Both the position numbers and the translations under genes were made by a program. DNA of 64,000 nt from Eledone cirrhosa (lineage: Eukaryota). Numbering within the stretch: the stretch's first letter is position 1; each line of letters starts with the position of its first letter. Location: assembly GCA_964016885.1 (NCBI GenBank), contig OZ024742.1, positions 91,822,001 through 91,886,000 on the forward strand, written 5' to 3'. Below, piece after piece: positions 1-14,048 of this stretch. The notes under the pieces are model-generated. The model was not told the DNA's origin, ran no database searches, and saw only the letters and a program-made list of their open reading frames with translations.

Positions 1-160
1 TTATTTTTTGCTTTTATTTATTTATTATTATGACTTCATGTATATGTATGTATTTGTCTATGCCGGTTGATACATATACGCCTATGTGACAGCTTATTTT
101 TTTAAGTATATGCGCGTGGTCGAGTGTGTATATGTTTGTTTATTTATTTTTATATATATA

Positions 161-216
<56 letters not shown>

Positions 217-301
217 CACCACCACCCCACTCTCAAGAGAGTGAAATTAATAAACATTCGTTGTACTGCCTCTCTGTTTTGTTCCTGTTAAAATTTTCCA
301 T

Positions 302-332
<31 letters not shown>

Positions 333-405
333 GTATGTATGTATGTATGTATATATATATGTGTGTGTGTGTGTGTATATATATACTTATATATATAATC
401 CTTTT

Positions 406-465
406 TTTCATTCTGACGACTGAAAGCAGATTTATTTGCTTTCAAGAAACTACTGGTACATGAAA
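406..465 (+). ncRNA. Type I hammerhead ribozyme motif in a short element between (TA)n tracts
   Basis: tttcatt-CTGACGA-c-tgaaagca..tgctttca-a-GAAA-ctactgg-TA-catgaaa: intact core, 8-bp stem II, short stem III, GUA site 456-458, stem I tttcat/atgaaa with a mismatch next to the core. Confidence 0.75.
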
Positions 466-685
466 TAATTATCTTATGTTGTCTATTACATAACTAATAA
501 GTTCTGTAACCTACATAGAGCACTCTTTTTGACTGTACCTTTCCGACGGAATTACTTCATTTATAAATACATACACACACACATATATATATATATATAT
601 GTAAAAGTTATATTTATTGTTGGGATACAACAAGCAAATATTTTTATAACTGATATAAAGCACTCAACAAATTATTGGAGTAAAA

Positions 686-1121
<436 letters not shown>

Positions 1122-2939
1122 ATATATATATATAAATTAATGTTATAGCTTGAAATAAGAAGGGATTTCGTGTGCTCCTAATCCAATCCCCCTACACCAT
1201 ATATGGAGATATTATTTGTCCTCGGAATTCATATTTGTTATGTCTCTTCTATATTTACCATCCTCATTACTCACATGAACAATAAAATGCTTTCAATAAT
1301 TCAGTTGAGAATACTTTGATGATATTTCATTTGCTTTCTGCTATCTGAGTTCAAATCTGACCGATCCTGCTTTGCAGCTCATGTTTTCTTGGTCGATAGA
1401 ATATAGTAGCAGCCTAGGCCAGTAAATTAAGGGGATAAAGAAAATGTTAGATCTCTTGCTGTCATCTGTTCTGGTTCGTTTCATTCTGAGTTCAAAGACT
1501 GAGCTTTACTTGGGTGGTAGACTTCATTCACCGCCAGTCTAACCATCACCACCTTGTACTTGAGCGCATTTAGTGGAGTCTAATCTGTTGCAAGCATACG
1601 GGTTAGGTCGCCGGTTTGAGGATAACTTTCCCTCTTCTTTCTTTACACCAGATTTGGAGGCCCTGTTAGGGGTTACGATCATTGCTCCTCTCTTTTTCAC
1701 TAAAAAATAAAACAAAAACAATGACGGAGAAAGGTGAGTATGGCTTGGATGAAAGGCTTACTGAAAGACTGTGCCTGTCAGCTGGAAATCACTGTTGGGG
1801 GAATGTCCAAGCTCTTGGCATTAAATGTAACCCAGGATCTGTGAGTTTCATCTATAGGCATCAGATGGCTGTATTCATATTTTGACATGATTTGTCTCTT
1901 CATTTCCTATTTTCTGTGTACGCTGTTGTTTTTCCTGTATGTAGGTGTGTCTGTAACCGAACCAACGTCTTTATAAATTTTCCTTTTAATACCCATTCGT
2001 GCGTTGCACTTGCTGTAAAATAAGAAAAAGTGTTGTGGGGTGGTGGTGGTGGGTTGGAGGAAGTGTTTTTAACGTTTAAGTCAAATTTATTCCCGTGTGT
2101 TTGTTATTCCGCGAGCACTAACGGTACGTTTTCTGCATAACGTGTGTGTGCGTGCGTTCGACGCGATTTCTCAACATGCGAGAAATAAGTTACATCTCCC
2201 CCCTATTATATCCTACCACAGTCGTAAAATAGAACAATGTCGTATTAAATGCATTGTCTGAAATATTTTTCAGATACGTTTACTCCCTATGAAGTATGGA
2301 GACTTTTCGTACTTTCTTAAGCAATTTTGATTAATGGAGATAAACTGACTAACTTCGCGCTCTATCTCACCTTGCTTCTAAATTTAATGATAATCTATGT
2401 TATGATACAATAAAGCAATGAGAAAAAGAGCAAAATACAAATACATCTTATGTCCCAGTCCAACTTGATATAACACAATACTACATACACCAAAAGGTTC
2501 TCTATAATAAAAAAAATATATAATATTTGATAGCTTTATCTGCTATGTTTTCATGTATTTTGGATTTTTTCCTTGTGTAAATATTCAAATGTTAACGATA
2601 TGCTTAGCTGCAAGTTGAGAATTAAACTATTTCTTTTAACTAATTCTCTACAATAGAAATATTTAAGATTTGTGTTATTTGCTTTGTTGTCCTCTATTTT
2701 ATTCCTTCCTTTGCTATGAAATTTAAAAATGAAATATTTATGGCGGTGAGAACCTTTGGCTAGTGGTCCACATGATCAAGCCTTACATGGGCACTAAGAA
2801 ACAACAATATCAACTTCAGTTAAATTGCACAGCTGAATCTGAATCGTACAAAACTGAGCTAGTATAGCCAACGAAGCTCACAACTGCTCTATAATTTCCC
2901 TAAACCCTATTTCTTTTCATCCCCTCCAAAATCTGTCTC

Positions 2940-3065
<126 letters not shown>

Positions 3066-3166
3066 GTGCACAGACACACATGCATGTACGTGTTTGCGGG
3101 ATGTTAAACCGTATGTTTTGGGGTTATTTAATACCAAACAATCTGTATATATGTACGTGCGTATAT

Positions 3167-3241
<75 letters not shown>

Positions 3242-3274
3242 TACATACAAGCGTGTTTGTGTGTATGTATAAAT

Positions 3275-3309
<35 letters not shown>

Positions 3310-3410
3310 CGCACACAATTACACATTACTCTTCACGAAAGATTAAGTTCTCTCCTACTTTCAATATCCCAATTTCATGTATGCGTCAATGCGTGCGCGT
3401 GATGAGACAG

Positions 3411-3500
<90 letters not shown>

Positions 3501-4911
3501 GTGTCCTATAACTAAGACAACAATTAACATTGAACTTCCATTAAAACACTGGCAGATTTATAGAGGAAATGGGATATTGGATTTACACGTCATATGTATG
3601 TGTGTATATATGTATGTATGTGTATGTATTACCTACTTACATATGTAACAGCAGCAGGGAGCCTCCATATCACGTGTGATTTGGATCTGCACCTGAGAAT
3701 TTCCTCTCTACGCCACCGATGTTGAGAAAGAAGATGACAAGTGCTAATACAGCTTGGCCTAAGTCAAATCGTAAGTGTTGTCGACAGAAGACAAGGAAGT
3801 GGAATAAATGCCACAAGATATCCAATCTAATTACGCCAATCACTCTAGATTGGTAATTCTTTTTTATCAACCTCGAATGGATGAAAAACAAAATTGGCCT
3901 CGCTGTGATTTTAAACTCAGCGCAGATAGTTGTAACAAATACCGTAAAGCAATCTATTCAATACTGATGGCTCTGTCAAATCGCTGCATTATAGATGTAT
4001 TTTATGTGTGTATATATTATATGCATGTATATTTATGCGTGAATGTGTGAGCGTGTACTTGTCAGCATATATGTCTGTGCATATGCCCGTATATGCGTAT
4101 GCATGTGTAATTGCATTTATATGTGTGTATGAAAGAGAATTGTTCGTTAGTGTCGGGAACAGAAGAAACCATAAGCTTCACATATCAGCGATATAAAGCC
4201 ATCCTATAATCAGTCAATAACATAGTCAGAGTAATCTGCTCCATGTATAGTGGAATGTGTACAGCTTACAGTGTTATAAGCGCTAATAATACTGCATAAT
4301 TAATATTTGGGCGTCCAAGTTTGGTAGGAAGAAGTAATCCTCAAACCTGAAACCTCTTTTAAAAGCTTAGAATAGTGAACTCCACTAAAGCAGTCAGACG
4401 ACGAGCACCATTGGAAGGTAAACGTATATGATTTCTGCCAGTTCTCCGCCATACACAGGTTATATACCTCTCTATATAATTCTGTCGAACATTGGCACAG
4501 GGCCAGCAATTTCAAGAAAGAAAAGTATATTTTATCGACCACATTACTTAAATAGAACTCTATATTATTGTGCTGGAATGATGAATGACAAAGTAGACCT
4601 CAGCGGTATTTGAACGGAGAACCTCTAGAGCCTGGATAAATACTTCCGTCATAACAGTTCTGCTAATCTACCGCCTTCATACCTATATAAGGGTTTCTAA
4701 TTTAGGCACAAGGCCTACAACGTGAGGGAGGTGTCGATTATATCAGCCAAGTACTTTCACTGGTACTTTGTTTTATTGACCGCAGAAGTGTGAAAGACAA
4801 AGTTGACCTCGGTGGGTTTTCTACTGACAACGTAGAGAGATGAAAGTAAATGCCACAAAACATTCAGTCCGACCCTCTAACGACTCTTCCAATCTACCAC
4901 TTTAACCTCTC

Positions 4912-5088
4912 TACTTTTGGCACATGGTCAGCAATAACCCAGTACATTACTGGTACGTTATTTTATCGACTCCGTAAGGATGAAAGGCAAAGTTAACCTC
5001 CACGGGATTTGAACTCAGACCGTAAAGGGACGTAACTATGTTAGAAAGCATGGCGTTCAGCCCTCTACCGATACTGCCAATTCACCGC
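4912..5088 (-). mobile_element. tRNA-derived SINE (Meta-domain-like family)
   Basis: Matches the family consensus of 58371-58547: A/B boxes and gcctttcatccttacgg.gtcgataaaata core. Confidence 0.8.
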
Positions 5089-5199
5089 ATGCCTCTCTGT
5101 ATAATAACAGCTAATACTCTACCTATTCAGTCATATCTAATGTACTCACACCAACCATCTATACCACGACTACCTTCACTGAATACCTCCATTGCTACA

Positions 5200-6041
5200 C
5201 ATCACCAATGTAACTATCCTCTCCACCATTACCTTCACAATTACCAGCACCATCATCACCATCATCTCAGAAGCCACCACAATCAATAGTACCATTTTTA
5301 TTAATACAAGCACCAGCGTCCTTACTTCCACCGCTGCCATCCCGACCACCGCTATCTGACCAACAACCAATAATTTCAGCAACACAACCATCATCCCCAT
5401 TGTTACCACTAACATCAACTTCACCTCCACTGCCATCATCTTGATCACAAATACTACTACCACTACTACCACTTCCACCAAAACAACTAGTAACACTGCC
5501 ACCAACCCCACCAACACAACCATTACTCTCACAACTACTACCGTCGCCACCATCTTCACCAGAGTTATAACCACCAGCAAAACTACCTCTACCACCACCA
5601 CGACCAACACTACCAACACCAACACTACCCCCACCACCAACAACAGCAACAACAACACTACCACCACCACCAACACTACCAACAACAACACTACCCCCAC
5701 CACCAACAACAGCAACCCTACCACCACCAATAACAACAACAACACCACCACCACCAACAACAACAACACTACCACCACCAACAACAACAATAACACTACC
5801 ACCAGCACCAACAACAACATTACCACCACCAACAAACAACAACAACACTACCACCACCAACAACAACAACAACACTACCACCACCACCACCAAAAACAAC
5901 ACTACCACCACCAACAACAACACTACCACCACCACCAACAACAACAACACTACCACCACCACCAACAACAACAACAACACTACCACCACCACCAACAACA
6001 ACAACACTACCACCACTACCGCCAACAACAACAACAACACT

Positions 6042-6073
<32 letters not shown>

Positions 6074-6110
6074 CACTACCACCACTACCGCCAACAACAA
6101 CAACAACACT

Positions 6111-6142
<32 letters not shown>

Positions 6143-6335
6143 CACTACCACCACCACCAACAACAACAACACTACCACCACTACCGCCAACAACAACAAC
6201 AACACTACCACCACCACCAACAACAACAACAACAACAACACTACCACCACCACCAACAACAACAACACTACCACCACTACCGCCAACAACAACAACAACA
6301 ACACTACCACCACCACCAACAACAACAACACTACC

Positions 6336-6367
<32 letters not shown>

Positions 6368-6398
6368 CACTACCACCACTACCAACAACAACAACACT

Positions 6399-6430
<32 letters not shown>

Positions 6431-6601
6431 CACACCACCACCAACAACAACAACAACAACACTACCACCACCAACAACAACAACAACACTACCACCACCA
6501 CCCACGACAACAACACTACCACTACCACCAACAACAACAACACTACCACCACCACCACCAACAACAACACCACCACTACCACCAACAACAATAACACTAC
6601 C

Positions 6602-6633
<32 letters not shown>

Positions 6634-6865
6634 CAACATTACCACTACCACCAACAACAACAACACTACCACTACCACCAACAACAATAACAACACTACC
6701 ACCACTACCACCAACAACAACAACACTACCACTACTACCAACAACAACAACACTACCACCACCACCAACAACAACAACAACAACAACATTACCACTACCA
6801 CCAACAACAACAACACTACCACCACCACCCACAACAACAACACTACCACCACCAACAACAACACT

Positions 6866-6897
<32 letters not shown>

Positions 6898-7415
6898 CAT
6901 TACCACTACCACCAACAACAACAACAACAACACTACCACCACCACCCACAACAACAACACTAACACTACCACCAACAACAACAACAACAACACTACCACC
7001 ACCACCCACAACAACAACACTACCACTACCAACAACAACACTACCACCAACACCAACAACAACAACAACAACAACAACAACACTACCACCACCACCCACA
7101 ACAACAACACTACCACTACCAACAACAACACTACCACCACCACCAACAACAGCACTACCACTACCAACAACAACACTACCACCACCACCAACAAGAACAA
7201 CACTACCACCACCACCAACAAGAACAACACTACCACCACCAACAACAACAACAACACTACCACCACTACCACCACCACCAACAAGAACAACACTACCACC
7301 ACCACCAACAAGAACAACACTACCACCACCAACAACAACAACAACACTACCACCACTACCACCACCACCAACAACAACAACACTACCACCACTACCACCA
7401 CCAACACTACCATCA
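5200..7415. repeat. Compound (AAC/ACC/ACT)n trinucleotide array
   Basis: About 2.2 kb of caa/cca/cta triplets with recurring aacaacaacactaccaccacc-type units. Confidence 0.95.
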
Positions 7416-8257
7416 AATTATGTAGATTTAAAGTAAATCGTCCTCTCAATTATAAGTATCTCTACCATGATATTATCATTTTCCTGAAATAGAAACTTTT
7501 CAAAAAACAGAAAAAGAAAAAAATGAAAATTCTAATTCCACTGCTACAAGCAGGAATCGATCGTATAAACTCTCTATTCATTAAATTGTTATCCTCGGGC
7601 GTAAAAATTCTGAAAGTCTAAATATACAGAAATAGATTTTGTTCTTTTTTAAATTTTAATTTAATTTTTTTTTTTTCTATTTACATTTTATATTGCTAAC
7701 ATTCTGAGAATGTAAAATTTGGTAAACAAATCTCTTGTTTTCCTATTAAACCGAGTTCCACACACGGCTGCCATGTTGCTCGTTGTTGCTGTTATTGTTA
7801 CTAGTTCTGTTTCAATTGATTCTATTGCTGTTGTTTGTTGTTGTTGTTGGATTTGTTGTTGCCGCTGCTGTTGTAATCGATTCCGTTGTTGTTACCACTG
7901 CTGTTTTTGTTCTTGTGGTTGTTGTTGGTGTAATTAATCCTGCTCTTGTTTGTTATAATTAGTTTTGTTGTTACTGTTGCTTTAGACTATTGTGGTTGTT
8001 GTTGTTGTTGTTGTTGCAATTAATTTTATTGGTTTTGTTCTTTGGTACTGTTGTTGGTTTATTATTGTTGTTGCTGGTGTTGTTTTGGGTGGTTATGGTG
8101 AAGATTCTTGTAATTGTCGTTGTTGTTAATATTGTTGTAATTGTTTCTGTTGTTATTATTCTGGGTCATTGTGGTAATCGGTCTCGTAGTTCTTGGAATT
8201 GTTATTGTTGATATTTATCTTGGCTGTTGAACCGAAAAACTACTTTGTACAAAATAA

Positions 8258-8442
8258 TTGTTTCTACTTTTGGCACAAGGCCAGCAATTACCCAGTACAT
8301 TACTGGTACTTTATTTTATCGACCCCGTAAGGATGAAGAGCAAAGTTAACCTCGGCGGGATTTGAACTCAGAATGGCAAGGGCAGTAACTCTATGCGTCA
8401 AAGCATGGCGTCCGACCCTCTACCGATACTGCCAATCCACCA
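8258..8442 (-). mobile_element. tRNA-derived SINE
   Basis: Full-length family copy ending in ..agaaacaattatt. Confidence 0.85.
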
Positions 8443-8519
8443 AAATAATGTTTTGTCAAACATCCGATTATATTTCCTAGAAAATTAGTTTTACTGAATT
8501 AGTTTCAGTAATAAAACAT

Positions 8520-9010
8520 TAATGACAACAACACTGAGTTTGGTGATGGTGGCGAAGATGATGAGAAGCAGTGGTGAAGATGATGATAATGTTGTTGGTG
8601 ATGGTGTTGATGATGAGGGTAAAGATGATGGTCATGATGATGGGGATAATGCGGAGGAATTTAATGATGAGGATGATTATGTTGGTGATGTGATGAGAGG
8701 TTGTGATGATGGTGATAATGAAGCTATTGTTAATGGTGGTAATGATAGTAATTATGAGAAAGAAAATAATGGTGTTGGTGATAATGAAGATGGCGGTGGT
8801 AGTGATGAAAGGTGGGGGAAGCAGGAGGGAGATTGGTGATGATAGTTGCGGCGAAGGAGGTGGATATGATGGCGAGAGTGATGATAACAGTGATGAATGT
8901 GGTGGTGAGGGAAATGGGAGAGGGGACAATGGTGGTGGAGTTGGTGATCACGTTGTTGATTATGACGATGATGGTGATTTTCATGATTGATGACAGCAAC
9001 ATGATGATGA
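8520..9010. repeat. (GAT/GGT)-rich low-complexity tract
   Basis: Degenerate trinucleotide repeat between two SINEs. Confidence 0.85.
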
Positions 9011-9011
9011 T

Positions 9012-9192
9012 AATTGTTTCTACTTTTGGCACAAGGCCAGCAATTACCCCAGTGTATCACTGGTGCTTTATTTTATCCACCCCGTAAGGATGAAAGGCAA
9101 AGTTAACCTCGGCGGGATTTGAACTCAGGATGGCAAGGGAAGTAACTCTATGCTGCAAAGCATGGCGTCCGACTCTCTACCGATATTGCCAA
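9012..9192 (-). mobile_element. tRNA-derived SINE
   Basis: Near-identical to 8258-8442. Confidence 0.85.
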
Positions 9193-9539
9193 TGATGATA
9201 ATGATGATGAATATTGTTGATAGTGCTGTTGCTGCTGTGTGAAGGTGGCGGCTGGAGATAAATGAGGGGGGTGTATGTGATATCTATATTCCACCCACTG
9301 AATGACGGGTGTCAAGAATATATCCTCATAGAAAATACACAGGGAAAGCAAATTAAATTAGAAAAAAATATCAGCTTTAGTTTCATCTGGGCAGGAAAAA
9401 CTGAGCAACAGAGTATTGAAATGTGTTAATGTCAGGGGGAGACAAACATACACACATACGCACACACACGCACAGTCGTGGGCGTCCGCACACACACACA
9501 TATGCACATACGCGTGCGCACACACCCAGTAGTGCGCTC

Positions 9540-9598
<59 letters not shown>

Positions 9599-9797
9599 CA
9601 TACATATATATATATGTATATATAAACACAAATGTATGTATGTATACACACACACATATATATACATATATATACATACATATATATATGTATATATAAA
9701 CACAAATGTATGTATGTATACACACACACATATATATACATATATATACATAAATACATATATATATGTATATGTAAACACAAATTTATGTATGTAT

Positions 9798-9891
<94 letters not shown>

Positions 9892-10439
9892 CTATTTTAA
9901 GTGGGAATTCCCTGGAGTGTTGCAACTATTGGATTAAGATATTATAACCATTATATACATGGACTCACTGATTAAAATATCTAGCCATATACTAAAATTT
10001 TATTTTAATATATATGAATTGAACTGTTTTTTATCCAGTAATTATATATAAATGTGTGTGTGTTTGGCTGTGCAAGCGGGAGAAACATAATTCAATACAT
10101 TAGTAGTGATGTTTATTTTATTATATACCAGTCTTGAAGCACTTAAACACAAAACTCGGCGCCATCAAGTCACTTTATTACACCTTTATAGCATTTATAG
10201 TAATAACTTATATTACAAGTAAAATTGCAGCAGCCTGCGGGGATGGGAGATTAGATTACACCAAACACTGTACTTTATTTCATCGATCCTGGTAGGATAA
10301 AATGAAGTGTTGATGTCGGCGTAATTTTGAACTCAGACCTTAAAGAGCCATACCTAATTGGCGCAAAGCACTTCGTCCGACATGCTAACGATTCTGACAA
10401 TCCACCAACATTAATAGTAATCATAAGAAGATAACAACA

Positions 10440-10975
10440 TAATAGATTTGGGATTTACATGCACTAGACGTTATGCCAGCACTAGGAAATAACAACTGAA
10501 ATAAGGTGGTACAGACATACACCTGAAATGTAACAGAGAATGACAAAGCAAACATACTCTAGGATATGCCAATGCATCAGACAAGGAAATAAAAGACAAC
10601 TGTTTATATATCATATTTAAATACCACAAAAAGTAATTGATGTATCACTCCCCACAGACGACAATACATCTATCAAGGAAATGGATTATCCAAATATAAA
10701 GATCTAGAGAGAAAAATAACTCAAATATAGATGATAAAAATAGAAACAATACATGTAATAGGTGCCCTGAGAATGATAAAAAAAAGAACATGCAGACATA
10801 CATAAACAAAGCCCTAGGGCATTCAAATATAGACAGCATACAGAAAATTGCAACACTAGACACAGCACATATACTACGAAGAGTACTCTAAATACAAAGG
10901 AAACACCAAAGACAAAATTGCGCACACCCATGGCGCACAGAGATGTCCTCATTAATGCAATGACAACACGCAAAT
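10440..10975 (+). mobile_element. Decayed R4/Dong LINE 3' end (restriction-like endonuclease remnant)
   Basis: Broken peptides TENDKANIL*DMP, KYKDLE, GALRMIKK, QKIATLDTAHILRRVL parallel the Dong C-terminus at 22653-23171. Confidence 0.65.
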
Positions 10976-11649
10976 AAAAAAAATAAGACTAATATTAATA
11001 GTTTTTTTTTTTATTTAGGCACAATAACAACAATTTTGGTGGAGGGGGTGGATTAAATCGATCCCAGTGCATTATTGGTCAAAATATATAGTATAATCTT
11101 TTCTGCTTTGTTTTTATCGGCATTCCTGGATTGTAAATATTCTTGTTTATTTATCGACTCTGCAAGGATGAAAGGTAAAGCTAACCTCGGTGGTATTTGG
11201 ACTCAGAACGTAAAGGGCCTTAACTATATGTCGCAAAGCACTGTTCGACGCCCCGCCAATTACTGCCAATCTATCGAACTCACTAATAATATTAATAACA
11301 ATAAGTCTTACTAACAATGGCACAAAGCCAGCAATCCGGGGAAGAGGTAAGTCGATTAGATCGTCCCCCATTAGTAATAATAATAATAATAATAATAACA
11401 ATAATAATGTTTTCTTTATTAACCACAAGGGTTTACATAAAGTAGACATTAAGGACAGTACAGGACAATACAGGACGGTACAAATGGGCATTTCTGCGTG
11501 TAAAAAACAGAGGATGTAATAAAATAACAAAGAAAAATTCCCCAATAGGGGGGAGACTTCCGAGGGACATTTGTGGAGAAAGCCCATTAAAAGACCACAG
11601 TGACCCTGACCACCAGGGCAAGTGCCCTCTCCCAGTTTTCCACCTTTAA

Positions 11650-14048
11650 TTTACAGACACATACTCAGAGAAGGCCCATTCATTCGGGCCATTCTTGCTT
11701 CTCTCACCCATCTTTCAACAAAATGCTGGGAAGAGAGAACTTCCCTCTCTACTCTGATTTTCCTTTTCAAATGAAATTTGAAAAAAGTCAATCAGGGCAT
11801 CACCGAAGAGGTAAGTGCTCGTCTTCAGCCCTTTCAAACGTGTCCACCATACTATCTCTTTCGCCATGGCCACCAGACAGATAAAAACTGCCTGCCCTTC
11901 CCGGCTAAAGGAAGAGGGCGGGGTAATCCTCACGATGGACTCAGCTGATAGCTGGATCCGTCCTACACGTAACAGCAGGTGTTCGACATAAAACCACAAG
12001 TCAGCAATGCTCGGACACTGGACGAGTGCGTGCAGGACGGTTTCGTTGCCCTGTGCGCATCTCGGACATGCCCGGCTGACGGCACCTCCATGCCTGTAGA
12101 GTTTATCCCGAACTGGCAAAGCACCTCGGTAGCACTGCCAGGCCAGGGATTTCTGGAAGTTGTCCATAGGCCCTGGCCCGAAAGTCCTTCCGAAGAGATT
12201 GGCTAGTTGATTTTCGTCGACGCCTAGAGTTTCTCCAAGTACGTCGTCGCTCTTCCCCTCCACTAATCCCCTATAGAACGCCAAGGTGGAGTTTCCACCG
12301 ATCACATTGCCCGATTGGTCGAGGGCTGTGAGCGCCTGAAGACATTCCAATCTCCAAGGGCTCCTTCTCGGTCTTCGCTTGACCCAGGACTGCAGCTCCG
12401 TCAAGGAGACGAGCTGGGGAAAAACGTGTCTAGCAAACGGCGACCACCACCTGATCACCGTCGATGAAGAGGTGGAGATGTCGTAGCCTGAGCGCGTGTC
12501 TGCGCATCATCAGCCACGGCATGCCCAGCCCTCCACGTAGCGGGTGTTGACAGCAGATGGACCGCCTGACCATCGGAGCGCGTCCCTTCTACAAGAAGCG
12601 AAAGAGCAAACGCTCCAGCGCAGTCAGGCCAGGCTTAGGACAAGGTACGACGCTCAGGCGGTAGTAGATGACGGACGCGATGTACGCGTTAGCCACCTCC
12701 GCTCGACCTTTCAGGGATAGCTTCCTCTCGGCCCATTTCTGGGTGAGAGAAGCCACCCTGCTCGTCACCTCGTCCCAGTTTTTGTCCGTCTGAAGGTCTG
12801 GACCGAACCAGACCCCTAGCAATTTAACCGGTCCGTCCGCCCAGCACCCGACGACACTGTTGGACGGCATGGACCTTCCTCTCCAGGTGCCGAGCTGCAG
12901 GCCCACTGACTTTTCCTGGTTGATCATTGCTCCTGTCACCGCTTCGTATTCTCTTAGTGTAGTGCCGATCGCCTCGATGTGTTTGGCGTTCGACACCACT
13001 ACGGTGACATCGTCCGCATATGCTGACACGGATCTTCCGCATCCTAGTTCGCACGGGAGCCCCCTCAACGTCTCCAGTTTGTGCAGTAATGGCTCGAGAG
13101 TCAATACATACAATAGGGACGATAGGGAACATCCTTGGCGGACCGAGCGCATGATGTTGAACGGTTCGGAAAGGTGACCGTTCACTCTCACCACAGAGCA
13201 GATGTCGCTGTGCATGGCAACGATCCAGCCTCTGAAGACGGGCCCAAAGCCAGCCGCCCTCAGGTCTGCCGCTATATAACGATGGTCGACCCTATCGAAG
13301 GCTTTCGATTGATCTAAATTGATCAAAGACCCACCCGTGACATATTCCCTAGCTACCCTCTCTACGATGTATTGCATGACGTGGAGGTTGTCGTGGATGG
13401 ATCTGTCTGGAATGGCGCATGTCTGTGCCTCTCCCACCAGACCACCAACGACAAGCGCCAACCTCTTTGTTAGCACCTTGGCCAAAATCTTGAACTCTGT
13501 GTTTAGCAGAGTTATGGGCCTAAAATTATCTATGTTATCCCCCTTGTTCGGATCCTTTCTCAGCAACGCCACCGCTCCTCGGCTTACAGAGCTGGGAATT
13601 CTCCCGTTCTGTTGCCTGTTGCAGTAGACGTCCGCCAAGAGGCCTCCGAACAAGTCTGGCATTTGTACTTAAAGTTCATAGGGCAGACCATCTAAACCAG
13701 GCGATTTACCCCTTGTGCAGCCAGTCATTGCCTCCCGTACTTCAGCGGTTGTTATCGTCTTTTCCCAACACTCCGCCTCAGTGGCCGAAAGCCGCGGCAG
13801 TCCGTCGAGGTAGACACTAAAGTCCATCCCTCGATCCGGCCCGCCACTGCCCCCGAACAGTTGTGCGAAGTGTCGCTGAAAAGCTTCACACATTTTCCTG
13901 GGATCGAGTAGCATGCGCCCGTCGTGGTCCACCAAAGACCGGATCGTGGCTTTATTGCCACGACGCGCCTCCGCCACTCGGGCCCATTGAACGGCTTTCG
14001 TCCCCTCGTGTCTGAGAGCACGCACCCTAGCTCTGACAACGCAGCCTT
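11650..14048 (-). pseudogene. Tx1 ORF2 3' part (RT, zinc finger), segment A, disrupted
   Basis: ORFs 13669-14025, 12589-13662, 11715-12458; stops at 13669 and 12589, frameshift near 12447; 3' limit approximate. Confidence 0.88.

Noticed and set aside
1721-1739. ATG...AAAG|gtgagt possible first exon
   Set aside because: Too short; no supporting downstream exon found
2176-2200. MREI start resembling beta-tubulin
   Set aside because: Similarity ends after four codons
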